This document shows positions 12,506 through 23,746 of a stretch of 64,000 nt of DNA, piece by piece. The stretch lies in the NCBI RefSeq assembly GCF_035594765.1, contig NC_085845.1, forward strand, positions 64,784,024 to 64,848,023. Direction: 5' to 3'. Under the pieces are notes generated by a model. It searched no databases, had not been told where the DNA came from, and was given only the letters and a program-made list of their open reading frames with translations. How positions within the stretch are numbered: position 1 is the first letter of the stretch; every line of letters begins with the position of its first letter. The DNA is from Anolis carolinensis (Eukaryota). Position numbers and translations under genes: made by a program.

Positions 12506-14404
12506 CTAATCTCCTAGGAATATGAAACTAGACTTCCATATACAAGGGTTCATCTTCCTGTCACCTGAAAGACTGCAATATCCTTATGTGAAGAGCCTGG
12601 CAGAATTTTGGCGACAATAGACAATAGAATTTTGGTGACTAAAAGAGTTAAAACCCAAGGGAATTTGTGTTAATTGGTGAGACAGAACACCATAATCCTG
12701 TCTGCCAGTACAAGACGTTTTCAGACACTTCCCTAGGACTTCAATTTTTAGCTACATATAAAGTGCTTTTTAATGACAACTGTAACAACTGTGTAATTAT
12801 TCTTTTTTATATAGGTTTTGAATAACTATTGAGAACACACTGAATTCTAAAATTTATAAGACATTTCCACTGAAACACATTAGGAACTACCACAGATCAT
12901 AAAAGCCTGTAATTTCAGGGCACCTTAAACCATGTATCTTAGTAGAGAAAGTTCGAATGATGCAATTCAGAGTAATTTGCAGGTTGTACTTTAGGTTTAC
13001 CAAACAATTTACTTCAAAGTAATCATTGAGAAGCCCTCAAAAATAGGAAGAAATTGTTAGGAAGGTTGCTTAGGGTACCGTAGATAACGTCTAGATTATA
13101 GGTCAGAAAACAGATTGGGTGTTATTCACAGAAGTGAGCAACACATATATACAAAAGAAGACTGGGTTGTAAAGGTGAAATATGTCCAGTCAGATAACAA
13201 TCTATTATCGTAACTGTCCAATTGCTTGTCATGATAAGAAGGGGATTGCTTTAATTAACCAATGTGACATGACAGGGTGTGAATTACTCTCTAATAATTC
13301 TTGTACAAAGTATTGTTAGGCAAGAGGCCAAAGGCCAAATGCCATTCAGTGGAGGAGGCATAAATTATTACCCTGTCATTTACATTTTGAAATGCAATAT
13401 TGCAATTATTTTTAAAAGTTTGTTTTATCTTTGAAAATTAAGGATGAAAAGAAATATTTATGAACGCTATGTTTTTCTATGCAGCCACATTCCTCACCGA
13501 TCACTCGCTCACCTCTTTGAAGGCCTCTCATTTGTAAAGCCCTTAAAATTCATCTCAGGTCACATAGAAAAGTAAGTTGTTTTAAAAACCTGCATTTTAA
13601 AAATCTCTCTTTCTGGCAGCATCAAAGGCGATGTCAATGGGGAGAGAACTGAACAGCAGGAAAGAGAATGCTCCTACTGGCTTTATCTGCTACAGAGCCC
13701 TGAAGACACTAAAACTTCAAATAGGGGCAATCATTTTGAAAAAGTTTTTCAGTTGGTATAGTTTTGTCTCCTTCTACTCAGATGGGGCTAACAATGAAAA
13801 AAGTGCCATGTATGCTACATATCATCACTTTCAAATTGTGGTAGCTGGTCGATATAATACTTCCCTCACTCCCACTTGGTTTGTTTCATATAATTTTTCA
13901 AGACATATGGATACTTAAAAGACATATGTGATACTTTTGATCATGCAAATATAGACTGCAAATAATTTACATCATATTTGTTGTTTGATGCAGAATATTT
14001 TGCATTGTACAAAAAAATTGGGGACTAGATATGTCCCCCATTAATTTCCAGAGTCAGTGTGGCTTATTTTACTGGCTAGGTGAGTGTCCCTTTCCTCCCT
14101 CATCACTCCATACGGCTATCCTATGTAGTAGTTGTGTACTGTTTTTAATAGTTGCACTCCATTGCTAAAACTTTAAAAAAGCATGCTCAGGTATAGCAAT
14201 GAGATGAATAATGACAGCATTCCTTTGCCTTGATGAAACCCTTGGAGTTATTAATGTCAGCTTTTTGTGGAGTCGAATTAGGTCTCTGATGCTGGAGATA
14301 ATGGGAGAGTAGCCCAAAACAAAATCCTCTTAAACTTTCTACCATTCTGCAGAAGCAATGCATAAGGGGGACATACAGTTGTTTTATTTAGATATAAGAG
14401 ACAT

Positions 14405-14645
14405 GGGGCACATCTACATTGACAATTTAATGCAGTTCAAATCAGAAGAAAATGTTTTCACTGTACAGATGATTAAATAGGAAATCCTGGAACCAGTTTG
14501 AGGCCCAGATGGTTATTATACAAACCACAGAGCACTGGTGCTCATTAAGGGCTTTCTTTTGGGTGCTTTTGTGAGTTTGTTTTCTGGCTACCGTAGTTTG
14601 AAGCTAACTTCAAACAGCATTAAGTGGTCAATGTAGATTGGGTCC
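14405..14645. mobile_element. Harbinger-type MITE
   Basis: TIRs GGGCACATCTACATTGACAATTTAATGC / GCATTAAGTGGTCAATGTAGATTGGGTCC. Confidence 0.75.
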
Positions 14646-14841
14646 AAGAAAGTCTTCCTGAACCTAATAGGGTTGATAACTTAGAAAAAAATTAGAGGAA
14701 ACCCAGAATGAGAGGACAAGAAACCCGCATATCTGAAATTAGGTTACAGTTGTTCTCATACATTGACTATCCAGGTAGTACATTTTGTAGCAACAGTTTG
14801 TTGACAAAATGTTATACTGTATATGTGTTTACAGTTATATA

Positions 14842-15069
14842 ACCCACATCAGATGGAGTAAAAATTGGCAGCATACACCAGTTCCTCTTCAGTTTTGCGA
14901 AGGAGCCCACCGGCTCCCATCCCATGACACAGAGCTTCCCCCATGGGATGGAGCCTGGGATCAGCCAGGCAAGCCGTTCCATGAGACAGTGGTTCCCCAT
15001 GCCCGACGCTGGGCACTGCCGGATTCACCATGATCCGTAGCAATTCAGGTGGCACATATTACGAGGTCC
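14842..15069. mobile_element. Harbinger-type MITE, same family as the 45158-45465 copy but opposite orientation
   Basis: GC-rich insert with ends ACCCACATCAGATG / ACGAGGTCC. CTGCCGGATTCACCA is shared in reverse with the copy at ~45.2 kb. Confidence 0.65.
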
Positions 15070-18000
15070 CTAGATTACTTTGGGTGCTGTTGTGGAAATG
15101 TATCAAATTGCTGATGAAAGCTGAAGAATTTTGTTATGGTGAGGAAAATTTAAGAAATTAATTATTTCAGAACTACTCCACCAAAGAAGCCTTCATACTG
15201 TACCCCAAACTGACAAAGTTACAACTAGGAAGAATTCTGGGAAAGGATCCTAAGTCTAGTGGTGCTGCTCAAAGCCATCTCTATGCCTTCCCATCACCTT
15301 TGTGGCCTTATGATGAAGCAAGCAGAGTGTGGAGGGGCAATGAAAACAAACTTGCTAGAGTATAAATAGCCACAGGTGTATTGAATACAGCAAAGTATCT
15401 TGATACAGCATGTGTGTGCATTGGATGCAGACATCAGACAACCAAAATGCCAATCAATGAACCCACTGAGCATGCCAGTTAGGTAAAAGCCCTGGAATAG
15501 GAGAATATACGAGGGGAGGTCAGAGGTTTGTAAGCTACTGTCATCTGGGAATGATGTAGGTCTAACAGCTTCTGAACTAGATGTTTTTTTGAAAGCCTTC
15601 ACCCCAAGATCTCCAAAATGGGGAGATATACACTCTGCTTATAAGCTCTAACACTGAATCAGGTTGAGTGTCCTAAAAGCCTTACCAAAACTCTGACAGA
15701 ATGAATTCTATAGCAAAGAAACCCAAGTTAAGTGTGAAGGGGATAGCCTTATCAGACTCTAAAATCAAAACATAACTTTTCTTCCCTAGGCTTATTGACC
15801 CCTTATAATGCACAAAACAATGCAAGAAAGGTTATTCAGAAAGACCAGATAAAGACCAAAGGAAAACTGGCCTATCAAGTTTGGCCAAGCATACCAGTCA
15901 AAGGGGGAATTATCCCACGTCCATCTCACAAGACAGTTAGTTAATTGGACTAACCAAGCAGTTTATCTTAGAAAACAATGTAAGATGTATCTGTTAGGGA
16001 AGGCAGCAACAAAAATCCACCAAAGATTATAGAATGGTTCTCATTTAATTCCCTGCACTGCAGTGCAGAACAGTGACAGAAACAAGCTGAAACCCATGTT
16101 TGCACTTGTGGTTAAATAAAGTAGTTAGCCTCCACATCCTGGGATGCTAAATGGAGAAAGGATTTTAATGGAAGAGCATTGTAGAACATGATCATCTCTA
16201 GCTGTATATAGAAACCATATTTATGCCTATTTGTATAGGAATAGAGATGGTTTTGAGCAGCACTTCTAGATTTTCCCAGCATAATGCAACTATTGTCCCT
16301 AGTTTTAACTTTGTCACTTTGAGGTATAGTATGGAAGCTAGGAGAGGGAAAAATCCAGAAGCACAAAAACTGAGTATGAGAATAAAGGGACATTGTCTCA
16401 AGGTGCTAGAAAGATTGATGTTTTGTAGTTAAAAGACCAAAATGCCTTTGCTTTTCTCTCAGGGTAAGATTATGACTTGCCCAAGCCCCGTTGGTTTCCA
16501 TTGCTCAGTTGAGATTTCAGCACTGGTCTCCAGAGTCTTAGTTTAATACTCAAAAGTATTACAAGGAGAAAAAGATGTAGAAAACATGCCTAACCTCTTG
16601 AAGCTCAATGAGATTCAAATTTAATATATATGTGAATAAACATTTTAGATGTCTTAAATCTGCCCATTACTCACCTCTCTTTGTACTTCAGAATATTTGG
16701 CAACAGATATTTTAAACTATCCATCTCCAGAATTTCTAGCTGGACTGAAAAAAGACTTTATTAAATAAAGTTAGGGAGTACTATTGATAATAAAATGCCT
16801 GTAGTATATACTTTCTTTCCAAAATAGGAATGTGTTTAAGATTTGATTTTTTCTGACATATCTTCTAACAAAAGAAGAAAGGAAAGGATTTGGATATTGA
16901 AACTAAAAATAGTTCCATGCTAATTTAATAACTAGGCAGATTTTTTTCCATCTGCCAAGAAGAATTTGAAAACCATTTCCTGCTGCCAATCACACTGTGG
17001 AAATGTAAAACGTCAGTGATAAAATCCAAGAGTCAATGATAAAAGTTGGATATTATGATTTATTTCCTAAAATTCATATCAGTTACTATGAGTGGTAAGT
17101 TGTAAGAGGTTGTGTAAAACAGTTCATGTACAAGAAGTGGATGTCTGTCCATTTTGCTTTGTTGTTAATTTTAAAGATAACCCCTCCCCAGAATTACCAT
17201 TGAAATTAATAACAAAGCAAAATGGACTGACATTCATTTCTTCTAGCTGCATATTAATGATTCCACAATTTCTTTGTCCCACCAGAGGCTACTATCCCAA
17301 ATACATGAAGCCAGGTATTCTGCATCCATAGATTCATTTCCATCATAGTTTTATGTTTTTGAATTAAGTTCTGAATTATAATTATGATTACCAAACTTTG
17401 AAAAGCAAAGAACAATATTTCACGCTTACCCAAAAACTAGTATGAAACATAATGACTACAACATAAATGCTAATACTGGCTTGAATGAGCCCATTGAATC
17501 AAAGGGACACTTTAGTCAACACTCAGGAGAATTTCAATCATTTCATGAATCTTCTATAGTTGTTGACTTTGCATACAGCAGTTACTTCAATGGATCGGTT
17601 TTAGTAAAGAATAACAGCTGGCTATATGATTGACAGGTTATTTTCTATGTGTGTATTTGCTGATTTAAAATGTTAATAAACTCTGACATACCTAATTGAC
17701 AAAATTAAAGAGAGATGTAAAAATTCATTAAACAGTGCTTACAGTCAAATACAAAGATACTCTGTAGACACCAAACTACATTAGTTATTAAAATCAAGAA
17801 AAACTAAATGTAACTGTTTGCTTCTGAATGGCATGGTTTTACAGGCGTGGTTTTAATCTTTAACCAGTGCCACAACACTACTGAAGCTAGCAACTTGACA
17901 TACTGGTGGCAGGATGTGTGAAGGAGAGATTGAATTTGAATTATAAGGTACCATCACAGAGAAGATCCTTTTCTTTAGTTCCGTTCATGTAAGCATGATT

Positions 18001-18554
18001 GTCTTGTTGGTACAGAGAGTGGAATTATGAGTTGCTGTAGTATACTTATTCACTCCACAACCAACAAATAACAGCTGAGAGGCAGGGATCAGATTTGCAT
18101 AGAGTTCAACAATAGTATTAAAAACAAAAGGAGGACCTTCAGAGAGAAACTTCAATAACCTTTTCAGTTCGAGTTTTTAGCAAGCAGAAGAATGAATATT
18201 AAAATATCTTCATCAGCTTTCTGGATAAGCTTCCTGGATCAGGGGCAAAGAATAGCATCATTCCTAGCCTTACTACTTCAAAACTACATGTTTTAAGTGT
18301 CAAGAGAGCCCATCTGAACCATCTGAAGTGAGGGTACTGTTCCCATTCCTTGTAGCCATTCAGCCCAAACCAGCTGTAATGAAACCTTCCTTCAGCCCCA
18401 TTTTCCATCTAGATTACCCCCTCCTTCTGATTCTCCAAAAGGATCTTATACTGCAGCATCCATGCAAGTACCCAAGCAAGAAGTGTTGGGCAATGACCAA
18501 TTAGATGAAATGCAAACAAACTCTTCCTCTCTCCATCAGGCAAAAACCAAATTG

Positions 18555-18708
18555 TGTTGGGTATTTGTGCCAAATGTGGTCCAGTGAATACATCCTGCTT
18601 ATCAGATATTTACATTACGATTCATAACAGTAGCAAAATTACAGTTATTACCACAGCATGAGGAACTGTATTAAGGGGTCGCAGCATTAGGAAGGTTGGG
18701 AACCAATG
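18555..18708 (+). mobile_element. SPIN/URR1-type hAT transposon right end
   Basis: ATCAGATATTTACATTACGATTCATAACAGTAGCAAAATTACAGTTAT...CATGAGGAACTGTATTAAGGGGTCGCAGCATTAGGAAGGTTGGGAACCAATG matches the recalled SPIN/URR1 3' end. Confidence 0.85.
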
Positions 18709-19612
18709 CCCTAGATGGACAAATGTGAAACAAAATTAATATAATTATTCTCCCTAATAAAACTAAAGAAAGGAAATGATATGTTCTCATGCTGCCTCCT
18801 CTGCCACCCAGTTCTTCTACTCCTGACTATTGCTTGGTAGTGGAATTATGTTCTAAAATTGGACGTGAACAAGCAGCACCATCTGTCATAGTTACTGTAA
18901 TTCAGCTATCTAGATAAAAGTCTTTTTAAATGGTTCATCCCAGAAAGGGGTAGAGAAGGAACAACCTGTCTTTGTGTTCAGCGTGATCGCTGCCTTTTCT
19001 AACCTTGGAACAAAAATTCATTGTAGTAGAAGTGCTGCTTTTGGCACAGTGTCAGAGCTCTGACAGCCACCTTGGGTTTGTACTAACATGACAGAAGGTG
19101 GAAAAGCCAAGGTACGATATAGACATTTCCCCACATTTTTGAGGTCTTGGGTCAATAATTTTTATTTAAATGTAATAGCAATGAATGCTTTTGAATAGTA
19201 ATGCTCCCATCTGTTTTACTGACAGTACATGATGTGAATCCTTGACAGCTGCATGACCAATCTGCTTTCACTCCTTGGGGATAATTAACATGAGCAGAGT
19301 AAAGTGAAGCCACTGAACAGAGTTTAGTATCCATGCATTGCCACCATGACATCGGCAGTTGCTTACAGGATGATCCTCTGCATTTATACTCAGAAGTAAT
19401 TATTACACTGAATTTGAGTAAATGCCTGTAGGAATCGTATGCCTGTGGTATTCATTTGTGTCAAGAAGAAATGGCTGCAACCCAGAGTTTAGGATCAAGA
19501 TTGATTCTCAACACTGCATGTGAAGGTGTGTACAGGTTTGAAGCATCAAGAGAAGGGAAATATTTTAGGCTCTGATCTGCCTCAGCCCAATCAGACATAG
19601 TGGACTTTCCTA

Positions 19613-19734
19613 GGCTGAATTTGCACTTCCCCATATCCCAGGATCTGATCCCAGATCATGTGTTTTTACTGGATTATATAAAGCTAATCTACATTGCCAG
19701 ATAATCTGGGATACAGGACAGTGTAAATCCAGCC
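19613..19734. mobile_element. Harbinger-type palindromic MITE with 3-bp TSD
   Basis: CTA flanks both sides. TIRs GGCTGAATTTGCAC / GTGTAAATCCAGCC. Same family as 29624. Confidence 0.8.
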
Positions 19735-20195
19735 CTAGACAGGATGCCCAATAAGGAGCTTCCTCTTTGAGTGGGAATTTACTAAGAAATTAATACTCTT
19801 TCTTGACTCGGATTATTTTGACGGACTCTCCAGTTATAACTTCTATTTTGGTCTTTTGGCTCTGATTCCTGGTACAACTCTTTTCTCAAATGCCAGTGAT
19901 TCAGTCCTGGTAATGTTCGGCTAGTGTAGACATGAAGCCACAAGTGATTATTATTTGTTCCACAGAATTCTTTTGCTACAGCATTTCCTTTTGGAGAGAA
20001 TAATGTATGGACAAATCCAGGGTTAATAGGCATCATATCACTTCTGAAGTTTCTTTCATGTCAGCTATTTGTTGAATATTTCATGATCATTTCATCTTTA
20101 TCTTCTTTACTAATTGCCTGGTCATGGTGAGTTGGTCGACTAAATGTGAATAGAAGAATCAGAGAGCACTCCAGCGTGGTAGTTTCTTATGCTTT

Positions 20196-20300
20196 CATAG
20201 AATCATAAAGTTGGAAAGGAGCCCAAGGGACATCTAATCCAATCCCCCATGTATCAGAATCTACTGCTAGAAGCATCCATGAGAAGTGGCTTAACCTCTC
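20196..20300 (-). mobile_element. old CR1 LINE 3' end
   Basis: CATAGAATCATAAAGTTGGAAAGG...ATCTAATCCAATCCCC is the reverse complement of a CR1 (ATTCTATG)n tail region. Confidence 0.7.
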
Positions 20301-20865
20301 AAATGAAGGTTCAAAGTATTTAGATATGAAGCAAACAGAACATTTCCAGATATATGGAAAGACAGGGGTAAAAATAAGTTCTCACTGTTTTCTTGGATAA
20401 CTGTTTTTCTGATGTGAATCTCTGACAGTGCTGGCTTTACAAAAAGATGGGTCATACTACCACATTCCTTTGTTTACAAATGGTAACATGAAATAATTCT
20501 AATATAAATAAGGCACTATATTGCCTAAAAATTGTCATCCATGGTCACATGGAGCATTTTGATGGTCTGAAGATAGCAGAAATACATATGGCTCTGGATA
20601 TTTTCTGGCTCTGGGATGTTATCAGAACACCGATTAGGAGAAGCAGTTACGAAAACAATGAACTTCATGACATAATACTAATTTTTGCTCACATTTGCTG
20701 GTAGAGTTTTTCTTCATTTCATCCATTCTTTTGTTACTTTCGTTACTTTAGGGAGCATGTAATGGGAAGGCCCCTCCCCATATGAAAATCAGCTCAACAT
20801 GAAAGCAAGCGAGAGCTGATCCCAGCTCCTCACCTGCTTTTCGAAAGCACATGGCGTTCCATGCG

Positions 20866-21195
20866 TCCTTGCTTTGGAGAGAGTGCGTGTGTGAGTGTGG
20901 TGTGCAGACCCAGAAAGCATGCATGCAAAGCACCTCCTCTAGAGTAAGAAACAGAATTTGCCTCCTTGCCTTGGAGGGTGTGTGTGTGTGGCATGCAGGC
21001 CCAGAAAGCACTTGCGCCCGCCTGCAGCTGAGTGCCTCCTCTAGAGTAAGAAACAGAACAGTCCTCCTTGCCTTGGAGAGTGTATGTGTGGCATGCAAGC
21101 CACACATCTCTCCTCTATAGTAGAGAAAAAGATAAGAAGCCTCCTTAAAGCATGTTCCTGCCTGCAGCTGAACACCTCTCCTCTAGAGTAAAATA
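20866..21195. repeat. ~97-102-bp imperfect tandem repeat (about 3.5 units), probably inside a DNA element spanning ~20635-21398
   Basis: TCCTTGCYTTGGAG at 20866, 20963 and 21065. Recurring CTCCTCTAGAGTAA. Confidence 0.8.
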
Positions 21196-22329
21196 GCTTC
21201 AATGCCTAAAATGAGGGCAAGGGGAGCCTGGGGATCCCCCTCCCATAATGGCCCAATAGAAAATGGGTCTTTCAACACCCCAGAGCGAAAACAAATATCT
21301 GCCCGCCTGTTTTTGGGAGGCTCCCAAAATAGATCGGGTCCCCCACTGAAAGCTGGGACATGAAACAGGTCAAGGTTTATCCTGAAAGCACAACTCTACT
21401 TGCTAGATGATTCTGGAAGCTGTAGCCCCTGAAATTAACTTTCCCAAGCTCTAGTTTAGCTGTTCACTGAGTTAGAACTCTAACATTGAAATATTCCTGA
21501 GCTAGTGTTTTGAAGGTTAAATGTATTCAATTTCAATGCTTAGTTCTTCCAGCCATAAACAAGAAATTCAGTCTGTCAACAAGAAATTGTTTTCCCATCA
21601 AGACAAATGAGTAAATGTAATATTGGGGAAACGCCAAAGAATGCATAGGAGAATTTGATCACTCTCTGTGAAAATTCAAGAAAAGATTTTGCATATGTCC
21701 AAATGTTAAAAGACTGGTACTTAGACTAATTAGAACTGTGAATTATTTTGATTTTTTAAATAACAGGGTTGCATATTTTCTCATTCCCCACCACTATTAA
21801 AAAAACATGACATTTTCTTCTCTGCATAACACTTATCTTTTTGTGTCTATTCTGGCAAACCAAGAATTTTTCTTGTAATGGCTTCTGTGTTTCTCCATTT
21901 AAAAAAGCAGGCATATGTTTTACATGCTGTTTCACAGTTTTAACAGTGTCATTGTTTTTTTAATAGAAAAAAAATAACTTCCCACAGTCATAACATTCTA
22001 TTGCACAAGCCAAGTATGCAGCCAGGATCAACCTTGTTCATCTTTATCCACTATACTAGAGATTTTGAGTTTGATTCAGAAAGAAGGAACTGTTTGCATG
22101 AAGATGATAGTTAGTAATACAACCGAGTATCTCTTCTTTGAATGGACCATACAACAATGCACAATCAAAGCCTGAAAACATTTTTCTGAAATAATTTTTA
22201 AAACATGTTCAACAATGTGGGGGGGGGGGGGGAGGGTTTAAAAAGTTAAAAACCTTAGATTATTTCACAATGCAGGGAGAAAAAAATAAAATTGAAGAAA
22301 TTATGAAATAAATAAAGATTCCCTTCCCC

Positions 22330-22500
22330 AGTTCATCTCTATGTAACACGGGAAGCTTCCCATGTGGCCATGACAGCATATGCTGGTTCACCTTCCCTGC
22401 CAGAAGTAGCTCTATTTCGTGAGATGGGAGCCGGTGGTATCTTTTTAAAAAGGGAAGGTGAACCAGCATATGCCGTCAAAAAGTACCCCGTCTGATGAGA
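22330..22500. mobile_element. partial Harbinger-type MITE (14842/45158 family)
   Basis: GATGGGAGCCGGTGG and terminal CCGTCTGATGAG are shared with those copies. Confidence 0.55.
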
Positions 22501-22512
22501 TTGTCTGTGTGT

Positions 22513-22587
22513 TTGAGGAAGTAGACTTAAGTCTATGAAAGCTTATGCTACCAACATCTTTCTCTCAGTCTCAACAGTGCTACAAGT
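22513..22587 (+). mobile_element. Penelope-like element terminal fragment
   Basis: TGAGGAAGTAGACTTAAGTCTATGAAAGCTTATGCTAC...GTCTCAACAGTGCTACAAG resembles reptile Penelope 3' ends (recall). Confidence 0.55.
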
Positions 22588-22692
22588 TGGGAAGAGGGCA
22601 TTGCTAGCATATGCTTTTGTGGGCACAGTCCCCCTCATTGGATGTATCTCAGGAACCTCATGATAGTGACTAAGAAGGCTCAGATGGCTTTA

Positions 22693-23134
22693 CTTAGGCG
22701 ATCCCTCATAGGCCGAGGATGATGGTCCTCCAGTTATAGGGTCTTGGGGGTGTGTCCGCAGGTGGCTGAAGAGACCTATTCTTGATCTGCATGTTCTCCC
22801 GCAATGAGGACATCGGTTTCCAGGTTGAAGGCGGTCCCAGTCAGGGTTGGCTTGACGCTCCTTCCTCTTGGCACGTTTCTCACTTAAGCCCTCCGTTCGT
22901 GCCTCTTTGAACTCCGCAGCACTGCTGGTCACAGCTGACCTCCAATTAGAGCGCTCAAGGGCCAGGGCTTCCCAGTTCTCAGTGTCTATGCCACAGTTTT
23001 TAAGGTTGGATTTAAGCCCATCTTTAAATCTCTTTTCCTGCCCACCAACATTACGTTTCCTGTTCTTGAGTTCGAAGTAGAGCAACTGCTTTGGGAGACG
23101 GTGATCAGGTATTCAGACAACGTCGCCAGTCCAG
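22693..23134 (-). mobile_element. 5'-truncated RTE-clade LINE (RTE-1 type) with 12-bp TSD
   Basis: ORF ...GGQEKRFKDGLKSNLKNCGI...WEALALERSNWR...CPHCGRTCRSRIGLFSHLRTH (C2H2 finger). CAGATGGCTTTA at 22681-22692 and 23135-23146. Confidence 0.92.
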
Positions 23135-23193
23135 CAGATGGCTTTAGGAAGAAAGTGAAAAGAACAAGATACTTCTTTTTTCGTGTCTTAGCT

Positions 23194-23500
23194 TTGTGTG
23201 TGTGTGTCAGGAGCAACTTGAGAAACTGCAAGTCGCTTCTGGTGTGAGAGAATTGGCTGTCTGCAAGGACATTACCCAGGGGATGGCCGGATGTTTTGAT
23301 GCTTTTACCATCCTTGTGGGAGGCTTCTCTCATGTCCCCACATGGAGCTGGAGGTGATCCGCACTCATCCGCGCTCTAGAGCTCATCCATGCTTTCCCTG
23401 GGTTGGATTCGAATGGCAACCTTCTGGTCAGCAACCCAACCTTCAAGTCATCAGTCCTGTCGGCACAAGGGTTTAACCCACTGTGCCACCGGGGGGTCCT
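23194..23500 (-). mobile_element. tRNA-derived SINE with Sauria-like head and Vingi-type 3' tail
   Basis: Minus-strand head CCCCCGGTGGCACAGTGGGTTAAACC with B-box-like TTCGAATCC. Tail ...GACTTGCAGTTTCTCAAGTTGCTCCTGACAC. TSD TGTCTTAGCT at 23184-23193 and 23501-23510. Confidence 0.85.
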
Positions 23501-23746
23501 TGTCTTAGCTATGTCGTACTGAGAGATTATTAGATTAATTGCTGAGTGACTATGGTCAATTTAGTAGTTGTATTGCTTTATAATGCCATCTATCCAAGTT
23601 AACCATAATCAAGGTTAACTTCTATATGAAGTCATTCACAGAAACTGACTAGCAATTTTTAGTGTGATGTTATCACTATGCTGACCACTTTTGGCTTTAT
23701 TTTGTTTTAACATTGTGTTCTAATAGTGCAGGTACCAAATAAGTGA

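Noticed and set aside
15290-16030. Possible degraded LINE RT (GDSL-like motif near 15740)
   Set aside because: A single short motif with many stops. I could not trace other RT motifs.
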